The notes under the pieces: model-generated
Told to the model about the DNA's origin: nothing
The model's input: the letters and a program-made list of their open reading frames with translations, nothing else
Databases searched by the model: none
Part shown: positions 13,901 through 25,119 of the stretch, piece by piece
How positions within the stretch are numbered: position 1 is the stretch's first letter
Layout: every line of letters begins with the position of its first letter
Made by a program: the position numbers and the translations under genes
Assembly: GCA_002269645.1 (NCBI GenBank)
Contig: NIVC01001187.1
Location: 248,001-312,000 of the forward strand
Source: Macrostomum lignano
Lineage: Eukaryota
DNA length: 64,000 nucleotides
Reading direction: 5' to 3'

Positions 13901-16900
13901 GCCTTTTTTGATTTCATCGGGACTCGGAATTCCAGGATTGAGATTTGGGATTCCAGGAATGAGATTTGGGATTCCAGGATTGAGATTTGGGATTCCAGGA
14001 TTGAGATTTGGGATTCCAGGGTCGGGACTTGGGATTCCGGGATCAGTACTTGGGATTTTGGATTTGATTGGGACTTGGGATTTTGGATTTGATTGGGACT
14101 TGGGATTTTGGATTTGATTGGGACTTGGGATTTTGGATTTGATTGGGACTTGGGATTTTGGATTTGATTGGGACTTGGGATTTTGGATTTGATTGGGACT
14201 TGGGATTTTGGATTTGATTGGGACTTGGGATTTTGGATTTGATTGGGACTTGGGATTTTGGATTTGATTGGGACTTGGGATTCCAGGATCGGTACTCGGG
14301 ATTCCAGAATGGATTGTTTTAGGATTTTAATAATGGTTTCCTTTATTTCAGGAGTGGGAGTTTAGGACTATCCTAAAACCTTTTAAAATTTCTACTCTCG
14401 TAGGTGGATCGTAGGCACAGATACTATAATAACATACTATTATTACTACTATATTATTATTACTATAATAATAGTTATTATAGTATCTGTGATCGTAGGG
14501 GGGTTTAATTTCTACATTTCGATTTCGGGATTTTAGGATTTGCGGGATTTGAACTTTGTTCTTCACATTAGATGAGGACGAAACCAAATTTGAATTTCGT
14601 TAATGAGGAGCTGGCAGTTGCGGACTTCTAGACCCCGGCTGTTCCTCCCCCTTCAGGCCTGGACCAGCAACAGCGGAGGCTCCTCCGGTGCCGACCAGCT
14701 CCGCAAAGACGCCAGTCGGTCTCGCAAGGACCTCCGCTTCGGACCGTTCGACCTCGTCCGCAAGGCGCTGAGCTCGGACGAGATGGCCGACAAGTCTATT
14801 AACCAGCTGTCCGACTTGTTCTTCCAGGTAATGAATAAAATGGCTTTGAAGGATGCCCTGAATAATGTCCCTACAGGCATAGAGTCGTCTTGCATACAGA
14901 ATTAACTAGTTGGGTAATCGCCGTTCTCTTTACGAACCGTCCCTAGAGAATCACAGTTCTCAATAGATAATCGCTCTAGAGAATCACAGTCTCATTGGGA
15001 ATCCCCCTAGAGAATCACAGTCTCATTGAGAATCCCCCCTAGAGAATCACAGTCTCATTGAGAATCACAGTCTCATTGAGAATCGCCCCCCCCCCCTAGA
15101 GAATCACAGTCTCATTGAGAATCCCCCTAGCCTAGAGAATCACAGTCTCATTGAGAATCCCCCCTAGAGAATCACAGTCTCATTGAGAATCGCCCCCCCC
15201 TAGAGAATCAAAGTCTCATTGAGAATCGCCCCCCCCCTAGAGAATCACAGTCTCATTGAGAATCCCCCCCTAGAGAATCTCAGTTCCCATTGAGAATGCC
15301 CCCCCCTAGAGAATCACAGTCTCATTGAGAATCCCCCCCTAGAGAATCTCAGTTCCCATTGAGAATGCCCCCCCTAGAGAATCTCAGCTCTCATTGAGAA
15401 TCCCCCCCTAGAGAATCTCAGTTCCCATTGAGAATCCCCCCTAGATAATCGCAGTTCTCATTGAGAATCGCCCCCCTTAGAGAATCGCAGTTTCCATTGA
15501 GAATCCCCCCCGTAGAGAATCACAGTCTCATTGAGAATCCCCCCCCCTAGAGAATCACAGTTTCATTGGGAATCCCCCCCTAGAGAATCACAGTCTCATT
15601 GAGAATCCCCCCCTAGAGAATCACAGTCTCATTGGGAATCCCCCCTAGAGAATCACAGTCTCATTGGGAATCCCCCCCTAGAGAATCACAGTCTCATTGG
15701 GAATCCCCCCCCTAGAGAATCACAGTCTCATTGGGAATCCCCCCCTAGAGAATCACAGTCTCATTGGGAATCCCCCCCCTAGAGAATCACAGTCTCATTG
15801 GGAATCCCCCCTAGAGAATCACAGTCTCATTGAGAATCCCCCCCTAGAGAATCTCAGTTCTCATTGAGAATCGCCCCCCCCCTAGAGAATCGCAGTTTCG
15901 ATTGAGAATCCCCCCTAGAGAATCACAGTCTCATTGGGAATCCCCCCCTAGAGAATCACAGTCTCATTGGGAATCCCCCTAAAGAATCAGTCTCATTGAG
16001 AATCCCCCCTAGAGAATCACAGTCTCATTGAGAATCACAGTCTCATTGAGAATCGCCCCCCCCCTAGAGAATCACAGTCTCATTGAGAATCCCCCTAGCC
16101 TAGAGAATCACAGTCTCATTGAGAATCCCCCCTAGAGAATCACAGTCTCATTGAGAATCGCCCCCCCCTAGAGAATCAAAGTCTCATTGAGAATCGCCCC
16201 CCCCCCTAGAGAATCACAGTCTCATTGAGAATCCCCCCCTAGAGAATCTCAGTTCCCATTGAGAATGCCCCCCCTAGAGAATCACAGTCTCATTGAGAAT
16301 CCCCCCCTAGAGAATCTCAGTTCCCATTGAGAATGCCCCCCCTAGAGAATCTCAGCTCTCATTGAGAATCCCCCCCTAGAGAATCTCAGTTCCCATTGAG
16401 AATCCCCCCTAGATAATCGCAGTTCTCATTGAGAATCGCCCCCCTTAGAGAATCGCAGTTTCCATTGAGAATCCCCCCCCGTAGAGAATCACAGTCTCAT
16501 TGAGAATCCCCCCCCTAGAGAATCACAGTTTCATTGGGAATCCCCCCCTAGAGAATCACAGTCTCATTGAGAATCCCCCCCTAGAGAATCACAGTCTCAT
16601 TGGGAATCCCCCCCCTAGAGAATCACAGTCTCATTGGGAATCCCCCCCTAGAGAATCACAGTCTCATTGAGAATCCCCCCCTAGAGAATCACAGTCTCAT
16701 TGGGAATCCCCCCCTAGAGAATCACAGTCTCATTGGGAATCCCCCCCCTAGAGAATCACAGTCTCATTGGGAATCCCCCCTAGAGAATCACAGTCTCATT
16801 GAGAATCCCCCCCTAGAGAATCTCAGTTCTCATTGAGAATCGCCCCCCCCCTAGAGAATCGCAGTTTCGATTGAGAATCCCCCCTAGAGAATCACAGTCT

Positions 16901-19426
16901 CATTGGGAATCCCCCCCTAGAGAATCACAGTCTCATTGGGAATCCCCCTAAAGAATCAGTCTCATTGAGAATCCCCCCTAGAGAATCTCAGTCTCATTGA
17001 GAATCCCCCCTAGAGAATCACAGTCTCATTGAGAATCGCCCACCCCCCCACCCCCCCTAGAGAATCACAGTCTCATTGAGAATCGCCGCCCCGTCCCGCA
17101 GGACTACAACATGGAGCCGCTGTTCATCCAGGAGAATTATCCCCTCACCGAGCCGGACTCGCTCCGCTCGCTGCCCTCCTCCAAGCGCGACCTTCGCCGC
17201 CTCCAGCTGCTCAGCCAAGCTGCCGACTCCATCGCCCTCGGCGACGTCTGCGGCCGCAGCGTCCGCTCGCAGGGCAGCTGGTCGCTGCTGCCCACCCAGG
17301 CCCTGTTCTCCTCCGTGCTGCCCGGCAAGTCCGTCTCCGGCCACTTCACCGGCCAGGTGGCCTTCCCGGCCTGGCTTGGCCGGAATTCCACAGCCGGCAA
17401 GTCGGCCAGGCAGCTGAGCCTGCTGGCCTGCCACCTGCGGCTGGCGTCCGGCGGCCTGGCCAGCCGCGACCTCGGCCTGGACATGGCGCAGCATCTGGCC
17501 GCTGCGCTCACCCGGCCGCTGCGGCAGGACGGAGCCGACGGCGTCCCCGGCGTGATCGGCGTGCTGGAGGCCTACGACCTGCAGCGGGAGGACATGGACT
17601 CCCTGCTGGAGCTGACGGCCTGGCCCGGGCAGCCCGACGCTTTGGCCGGTGTGGATCCCAAGGTGACCGTTGAACCTGTGCTGTCTGGGCTGTGACCAGT
17701 CACTGATCAGCTATGACCAGTCACTGATCAGCTATGACCAGTCACTAATCGGCTATGACCAGTCACTAATCGGCTATGACCAGTCACTGATCAGCTATGA
17801 CCAGTCACTGATAAGCTATGACCAGTCACTGATCAGCTATGACCAGTCACTGATCAGCTATGACCAGTCACTGATCAGCTATGACCAGTTACTGATAAGC
17901 TATGACCAGTCACTGATCAGCTATGACCAGTCACTGATAAGCTATGACCAGTCACTGATCAGCTATGACCAGTCACTGATCAGCTATGACCAGTCACTGA
18001 TCAGCTATGACCAGTTACTGATAAGCTATGACCAGTCACTGATCAGCTATGACCAGTCACTGATCAGCTATGACCAGTCACTGATCAGCTATGACCAGTC
18101 ACTGATCAGCTATGACCAGTCACTGATCAGCTATGACCAGTCACTGATCAGCTATGACCAGTCACTGATCAGCTATGACCAGTCACTGATCAGCTATGAC
18201 CAGTCACTGATCAGCTATGACCAGTCACTGATCAGCTATGACCAGTCACTGATCAGCTATGACCAGTCACTGATCAGCTATGACCAGTCACTGATCAGCT
18301 ATGACCAGTCACTGATCAGCTATGACCAGTCACTGATCAGCTATGACCAGTTCTTTCCGCACTAAATGCAGCTGAATACGGCACAGCCAAACAACCCGCA
18401 TTCAGGTGAAGGCTGCGCTCACCCGGGCCTACAACAAGGCGGCCCACCTGACCCCCTACTCGCTGGCGCAGGCGCCCGCCAAGCGGAAGGCCGCCGCCAG
18501 TTCGGCCGGTGCGGAGGAATTCGACGAAGAGGCCGCCGACTATGGAGAAGGCGGCGGCGTCGCCGAAGAAGAGGCCGGCAGTGAGGAAGGCGAGGACGCC
18601 GACCCGACTGTCGACGCCATGATTAAGGTGCGAGTGCTGAGCCTGCCGCAAATAAACAGCCCTCATGATCGGCGCAAACTGCGGTTGTAGTGCTTGCTCC
18701 AAAAATCGCCCTTAGAAAACCTTAAAAATCGCCCCTTGATCCTTGCTAGAAATTGCCCCAAAATCGCCCCTAAAACCCGCCCAAAATCTAATCTAGGAAT
18801 CGCCAATAAAATCACCCCAAACTCGCCTCTAGGAATCGCCCCTTAAATGGCCCAAAAATCGCCTCTAGGAATCGTCCCTTGATCACTTCTAGGAATCGCC
18901 CCTTGATCACCTCTAGGAATCGCCCCTTGATCACCTCTAGGAATCGCCTTTAGGATTTAGGAATCGCCTCGAAGAATCGCACCTTAAATGGCCCAAAAAT
19001 CACTTCTAGGAATCGCCCCTTGATCACCTCTAGGAATCGCCCCTTGATCACCTCTAGGAATCGCCCCTTGATCACCTCTAGGAATCGCCCCTTGATCACC
19101 TCTAGGAATCGCCTTTAGGATTTAGGAATCGCCTCTAAGAATCGCACCTTAAATGGCCCAAAAATCACCTCTAGGAATCGCCCCTTGATCACCTCTAGGA
19201 ATCGCCCCTTGATCACCTCTAGGAATCGCCCCAAAATCGCCCATAAAGATCTCCTTAACAATCGCACACCGAACCGCCCAGAGCGCCAATCGAATTCCCC
19301 ATATCATCACCGCAGAAGCCGAAGAAGGCGGCGGCCACCAAGGCGAAACCTGCGGCGGCGACTGCCGGCCCCGCCGGTTCGAAGGCGAAGTCGACGGCGC
19401 CAGCCAAGGGCAAGAAAAAGAAGTGA
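4910..19426 (+). CDS. RFC1: Replication factor C subunit 1, about 1147 aa, 10 coding exons
   Basis: Exons 4910-4952, 5050-5169, 9193-9548, 10329-10655, 11582-12892, 13389-13610, 14657-14827, 17102-17662, 18406-18627, 19316-19426, with all phases consistent. BRCT domain (MTIVVTGVLD...GAKVTKSVSKRT), WVDKYKP, Walker A GPPGIGKT, LELNASD, Walker B MDEVDGM, PIICICND, RFC1 C-terminal domain (SIALGD...LLPTQA) and a Lys-rich tail. AATAAA at 19585. The first two exons are less certain. Confidence 0.93.
5277..7162 (-). mobile_element. 5'-truncated non-LTR retrotransposon, RTE/RTEX-like, with an intact RT domain
   Basis: Stop-free ORF ending at 5346 with RT motifs GISLMSCAAKL, QNGFRPRR, FIDFLKAFDSV, GVLQGDTLAP and YADD, and no endonuclease domain. 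3' tail of (ATTGT)n at 5277-5305. Candidate TSD TAGAAT at 5271-5276 and 7163-7168. Antisense in RFC1 intron 2. Confidence 0.92.
7163..9156. repeat. 21-bp minisatellite ATCATCAATCACATCGCTAGA (RFC1 intron 2; a few units also at about 5214-5276, left of the LINE)
   Basis: Direct tandem repeat interrupted by the LINE. Confidence 0.95.
9850..10257. repeat. Composite minisatellite of CCTTGAC-led subunits, about 67-bp higher-order period (RFC1 intron 3)
   Basis: ATGGGATTGT recurs at 10041, 10108 and 10175. Confidence 0.85.
10775..11540. repeat. About 21-bp minisatellite CTTCCAGATCCCTAAGATTCCACC-like (RFC1 intron 4)
   Basis: Direct tandem repeat. Confidence 0.92.
11948..12343 (+). repeat. Coding 33-bp tandem repeat x12 encoding EERSGGGRSQA, inside RFC1 exon 5
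   Basis: 396 nt equals 12 x 33, in frame between the BRCT and AAA+ domains. Confidence 0.93.
12990..13260. repeat. About 20-22-bp minisatellite CCCCTGAAGCTCCACTACAA (RFC1 intron 5)
   Basis: Direct tandem repeat. Confidence 0.88.
13715..14310. repeat. Two adjacent arrays: about 20-21-bp GGGATTCCAGGACTGGGACTT and 25-bp GGGATTTTGGATTTGATTGGGACTT (RFC1 intron 6)
   Basis: Direct tandem repeats. Confidence 0.9.
14940..17090. repeat. About 31-35-bp minisatellite TAGAGAATCACAGTCTCATTGAGAATCCCCCC with an approximately 968-bp higher-order duplication (RFC1 intron 7)
   Basis: Direct tandem repeat in which rare variants recur about 968 nt apart. Confidence 0.93.
17695..18350. repeat. Homogeneous 21-bp minisatellite CTATGACCAGTCACTGATCAG (RFC1 intron 8)
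   Basis: Near-perfect tandem repeat. Confidence 0.95.
18700..19245. repeat. About 22-bp minisatellite TCTAGGAATCGCCCCTTGATCACC-like (RFC1 intron 9)
   Basis: Direct tandem repeat. Confidence 0.88.
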
Positions 19427-19744
19427 AACAGAGAAGCCCACTTGACCGAGGCGACTGCACTCGATTCTCTGCAATTGCATCTCCATCTTGACTGCCTGTT
19501 TGTTATTATTTTTCCCGATGATTGGCTGTTTGTTTATCCGCTTGATTGACTGACTGACTGACCCTAATCTGATCTGACAATACAAATAAACACATCATAG
19601 TAATTTGGCCAATGCATTTTTTATTCCCGTCTCATGGGTGTCTGAAGCTTGTTTTCACATAATTGGCGTTTATTTTTACTAATAAAAAGTTTTGTGAAGC
19701 CTCTAAAAGTGTCTTTTTTACTTTCATTGCTACTGGGATACCGT

Positions 19745-20385
19745 GATTTCACTGTCAGCTGTTTCACTGTCAGCTGTTTCACTGTCAGCTGTTCCACTGT
19801 CAGCTGTTTCACTGTCAGCTGTTTCACTGTCAGCTGTTCCACTGTCAGCTGTTTCACTGTCAGCTGTTCCACTGTCAGCTGTTTCACTGTCAGCTGTTTC
19901 ACTGTCAGCTGTTTCACTGTCAGCTGTTCCACTGTCAGCTGTTTCACTGTCAGCTGTTTCACTGTCAGCTGTTTCACTGTCAGCTGTTTCACTGTCAGCT
20001 GTTTCACTGTCAGCAATTTCACTGTCAGCTGTTTCACTGTCAGCTGTTTCACTGTCAGCTGTTTCACTGTCAGCTGTTTCACTGTCAGCTGTTTCACTGT
20101 CAGCAATTTCACTGTCAGCTGTTTCACTGTCAGCTGTTTCACTGTCAGCAATTTCACTGTCAGCTGTTTCACTGTCAGCTGTTTCACTGTAAGCTGTTTC
20201 ACTGTCAGCTGTTCCACTGTCAGCTATTTCACTGTCAGCTATTCCACTGTCAGCTGTTCCACTGTCAGCTGTTCCACTGTCAGCTGTTTCACTGTCAGCT
20301 GTTTCACTGTCAGCTGTTTCACTGTCAGCTGTTTCACTGTCAGCTGTTTCACTGTCAGCAATTTCACTGTCAGCGATTTCACTGA
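19745..20385. repeat. 15-bp minisatellite CTGTTTCACTGTCAG, intergenic
   Basis: Near-perfect tandem repeat downstream of the RFC1 polyA signals. Confidence 0.95.
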
Positions 20386-21330
20386 GTAAAGTTTTCTGAA
20401 CACTAAACATTCTTAAATCAAAGACCTGCGCATGAAGTTCAGCTAAACATTTATTTGTAGCGAGAACTGCAGTGCTCAAAGAACAGTCGTACATATGCAC
20501 CACCATCAGGAATGAAAATCTGTGGAATTCAATAATCTGTCACCAATCTGCTGAACTGATTTCGTCAGGGGTGACGCCATGGATTATTTTGGTGGAGCCG
20601 ACAACCCAAGAAATCTACATGAGAAAATTCCTACATTATGTTGGGAATCAGTTATAACAAATCAGCACTCATTTTAGCGCCACCAAATGTTTTACTTTTA
20701 TAAAATATAAATGTTTCATAATTTATTGCCTGGAGCAAAATTATTGATTTCCATAACGGCTCACAAAAGCGGGGTGGACAAAACATTGGCATGTTCCCCA
20801 GCGATTTTCAGTCACTGGCCTGAAACTCTCCATCACAGCGACATCATGAGAGCTCTTGTATAAAGGATACTAAGATGATTTGAAGGCCCGTACTGAACAA
20901 AAGCTTAGGCATTAAACTGAAACAGTGATTATTGCATGCTTTCACTTCACTCTTCAGTGTGAGTAAACTTGAGTCCCGAAATTCTTAGCCCAAATCGATC
21001 GCCTTAGCAACTATTCGCATAGTTGAGGAGTTGCACGTGTGGATCCTGCTGTCAAACAAGCGCCACTTCAGTCCTGTGTTAGCTCAGCACAGCGAAAGTC
21101 ACCAAAACGACAAGGTCGTAAATGTCTTGAGAGCAAGGAGGGAGTTTGACTACTTTTGCACCAGTCAGCAGTCGAACCAAACAAACAGAACGGCATTCAA
21201 GCCGCCCGAACTTCAAGTGCAGAGCAGTGGGCAAACAAATGTTAAAAATCCGTCAATCTACCAGCTCAGCAGTTGCCATCCGACAGGTGAAGAAACGGCC
21301 ACCCGCAGGGATGTCAAACTCCAACAACAG

Positions 21331-21375
21331 CATAAAAGTAAGTCCGTTTCGGGGCCTCCGAAATTCAATCCAGTC
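21331..21375 (+). promoter_or_regulatory. Possible TATA-like box (CATAAAAG) with an initiator-like sequence about 30 nt downstream
   Basis: CATAAAAG at 21331-21338, then ATTCAATCCAGTC, then the ATG at 21396. Positional inference only. Confidence 0.3.
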
Positions 21376-21395
21376 AGCACCGAAACAGCTCAAAC

Positions 21396-23848
21396 ATGAG
21401 ACTTATTCTGTTGGCAGCTTGCGCCGCGCTGCTTTGCACGCTAGTGGTAAGTTGAACTCTGTTGCACACAACTATTCAGCACTAACTCCAGCTTCAATTC
21501 GAATAATTACGAAAATCATTTGCACTTTTCAGCTCTCAGCGCCACCAACAAATGCGAAGAATAAGCTGAAGAAGCCAGCAGCCGCTAACGCTGCGGCCAC
21601 CGCTGGATCCGCTAAGAAGCCCGCTATGGCTCAGAAGCCTTGCAAAAGACCGCCAAGGAGGAGCGCAGAGGAAAGACGGGGCAGAAGAAGCGAGAGGCGG
21701 AGTCGCCGCCAATCCAGGCGGCAGAACCGACGCGCTGCAAGACGTGCCCGTAGAAGCCGCGATGTGAGAAGAAGAGGCGGCCGTCGTGTCAGACGCGCCA
21801 GACGTAACGGTAGACGCGCTGCAAGACGTGCCCGCAGAAGCCGCGATGTGAGAAGAAGAGGCGGCCGTCGTGTGAGACGTGCCAGACGTAACGGTAGACG
21901 CGCTGCAAGACGTGCCAGACGTAACGGTAGACGTGCTGCAAGACGTGCCAGACGTAACGGTAGACGCGCTGCAAGACGTACTCGCAGAAGCCGCGATGTG
22001 AGAAGAGGCGGCCGTCGTGTGAGACGCGCCAGACGTAACGGTAGACGCGCTGCAAGACGTGCTCGCAGAAGCCGCGATGTGAGAAGAGGCGGCCGTCGTG
22101 TCAGACGCGCCAGACGTAACGGTAGACGCGCTGCAAGACGTGCCAGACGTAACGGTAGACGCGCTGCAAGACGTGCCCGCAGAAGCCGCGATGTGAGAAG
22201 AGGCGGCCGTCGTGTGAGACGCGCCAGACGTAACGGTAGACGCGCTGCAAGACGTGCCAGACGTAACGGTAGACGTGCTGCAAGACGTACTCGCAGAAGC
22301 CGCGATGTGAGAAGAAGAGGCGGCCGTCGTGTCAGACGCGCCAGACGTAACGGTAGACGCGCTGCAAGACGTGCCAGACGTAACGGTAGACGCGCTGCAA
22401 GACGTGCCCGCAGAAGCCGCGATGTGAGAAGAAGAGGCGGCCGTCGTGTGAGACGCGCCAGACGTAACGGTAGACGCGCTGCAAGACGTGCCCGCAGAAG
22501 CCGCGATGTGAGAAGAAGAGGCGGCCGTCGTGTCAGACGCGCCAGACGTAACGGTAGACGCGCTGCAAGACGTGCCAGACGTAACGGTAGACGCGCTGCA
22601 AGACGTGCCCGCAGAAGCCGCGATGTGAGAAGAAGAGGCGGCCGTCGTGTGAGACGCGCCAGACGTAACGGTAGACGCGCTGCAAGACGTGCCCGCAGAA
22701 GCCGCGATGTGAGAAGAAGAGGCGGCCGTCGTGTCAGACGCGCCAGACGTAACGGTAGACGCGCTGCAAGACGTGCCCGCAGAAGCCGCGATGTGAGAAG
22801 AAGAGGCGGCCGTCGTGTCAGACGCGCCAGACGTAACGGTAGACGCGCTGCAAGACGTGCCAGACGTAACGGTAGACGCGCTGCAAGACGTGCCCGCAGA
22901 AGCCGCGATGTGAGAAGAAGAGGCGGCCGTCGTGTGAGACGCGCCAGACGTAACGGTAGACGCGCTGCAAGACGTGCCCGCAGAAGCCGCGATGTGAGAA
23001 GAAGAGGCGGCCGTCGTGTCAGACGCGCCAGACGTAACGGTAGACGCGCTGCAAGACGTGCCCGCAGAAGCCGCGATGTGAGAAGAAGAGGCGGCCGTCG
23101 TGTCAGACGCGCCAGACGTAACGGTAGACGCGCTGCAAGACGTGCCCGCAGAAGCCGCGATGTGAGAAGAAGAGGCGGCCGTCGTGTCAGACGCGCCAGA
23201 CGTAACGGTAGACGCGCTGCAAGACGTGCCCGCAGAAGCCGCGATGTGAGAAGAAGAGGCGGCCGTCGTGTCAGACGCGCCAGACGTAACGGTAGACGCG
23301 CTGCAAGACGTGCCCGCAGAAGCCGCGATGTGAGAAGAAGAGGCGGCCGTCGTGTCAGACGCGCCAGACGTAACGGTAGACGCGCTGCAAGACGTGCCCG
23401 CAGAAGCCGCGATGTGAGAAGAAGAGGCGGCCGTCGTGTCAGACGCGCCAGACGTAACGGTAGACGCGCTGCAAGACGTGCCCGCAGAAGCCGCGATGTG
23501 AGAAGAAGAGGCGGCCGTCGTGTGAGACGCGCCAGACGTAACGGTAGACGCGCTGCAAGACGTGCCAGACGTAACGGTAGACGTGCTGCAAGACGTGCCC
23601 GCAGAAGCCGCGATGTGAGAAGAAGAGGCGGCCGTCGTGTCAGACGCGCCAGACGTAACGGTAGACGCGCTGCAAGACGTGCCCGCAGAAGCCGCGATGT
23701 GAGAAGAGGCGGCCGTCGTGTCAGACGCGCCAGACGTAACGGTAGACGCGCTGCAAGACGTGCCCGCAGAAGCCGCGATGTGAGAAGAGGCGGCCGTCGT
23801 GTGAGACGCGCCAGACGTAACGGTAGACGCGCTGCAAGACGCGGTTAA
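21396..23848 (+). CDS. Uncharacterised secreted arginine-rich repeat protein, 788 aa, 2 exons
   Basis: Exon 1 (21396-21446) encodes MRLILLAACAALLCTLV. An 86-nt intron runs GTAAGT...TTTTCAG. Exon 2 (21533-23848) joins in phase 0 and reads LSAPPTNAKNKLKK..., then tandem NGRRAARRARR and SRDVRRRGGRRVRRARR units. The frame is preserved across about 2.1 kb. AATAAA at 23913. Confidence 0.8.
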
Positions 23849-25119
23849 ATGGAGTGTGTTTCCACGATAGCCATATGATTCGGTTTTGGACCTTTCTTTT
23901 GTGGGTGTTTTAAATAAATGTTGGTTTATTTAAAATGTTGGTCATAAGATGCTCGTACCTATTCTGTGTTTCTTTGTTTGCTTTTTCAATTTTATTGCTG
24001 GAAATCTGAAATCGGCCACCTTTTTTCAGCATGCGAGTTTCTGCAAACTGCGATATCGAGAAAATCTGATATGCGTTGCCTGAAATTTGATTGTACATGT
24101 AGAAGTACAGAAAATTAAACCACTTTTGATTGGTGTGATCGACCAATGAATATATAATTATGTTTTGTGCCATTGTTATGCAATCATTTATAAATTTATT
24201 CCATAAGTGACAAGTAAAATGCGAACAAAAATTAACAGCAAAACAGCGCAAATTTTGTGTGTCCTCAAATTAGAATTTAGAATGAGCGAGTCAAACTAAC
24301 AGACCAGTTAGTTCTAATTCGGTAAAGTACATGTTGTTCACGTTTTTATTATTGCTTGGAAATATTACGATTTAACGTTATAGATATTAAGTTTCTTTAG
24401 TGTGCTGGTGAACGCATCTCTGTCCTCCCGTCTGAATCAGATTTCCAGCTTTTGAGTTCTGGATCCCAAATTTATCTCTGTTATCTCAAAGCCTAGGTTT
24501 GGAACTCGGAAGGGCGACTAGTGCCCTAGCTTTAAATTTTATTTAGGAAACTCTTACACACACCTGGTCGTAAATCAATGTTATTAAGGTAACAATCATA
24601 CTTTAATAGCATAATTTGATAGTTTTACATCGCCTTATTGGCAATTCCTGTCTGAAAGCCAGATATGCTGGAGTGTTGAGTCGTCGGGGCAGATGAGCGT
24701 GGTCAGGGGCAGGCAGAGAGACTGAAAAGTAGAGCACACATTTATAAATGAACGGCATGCTGCGAGAGAGAGGACGAAAACTTCTCTTTACCATGGTATC
24801 GTTCCCGGGCCGGGGTTTCAGTGTACATGGCTTGGGGGGTGGGGGTAAAATTCTAACCCCAACCCTGCCTGCTACAAACGTACATTAAAAGCCCTCTAGC
24901 CGTCTGCCGTCTGTGGCCTTGCCCAAGTGTCCTATGTACATCTATTTGATTTCATTCTCTTGCCAGTGTGTGGGCCGCCCTCCCCTCCCCCACTAGGCTT
25001 AGAAAAGATTCCACGGCAGTTAAACATGACGTGTCAGTAGAGACCTTTTATTTTCTCAATTTAATAACATTGGCCTAACTGGCATAACTGCCTATTCTAC
25101 TCGTGTATTTGAATTAAAA

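Noticed and set aside
21146-23848. Simple annotation as protamine or histone H1-like
   Set aside because: No winged-helix domain is present, and the best-supported gene model has a signal peptide. The nuclear reading is kept only as an alternative isoform hypothesis.
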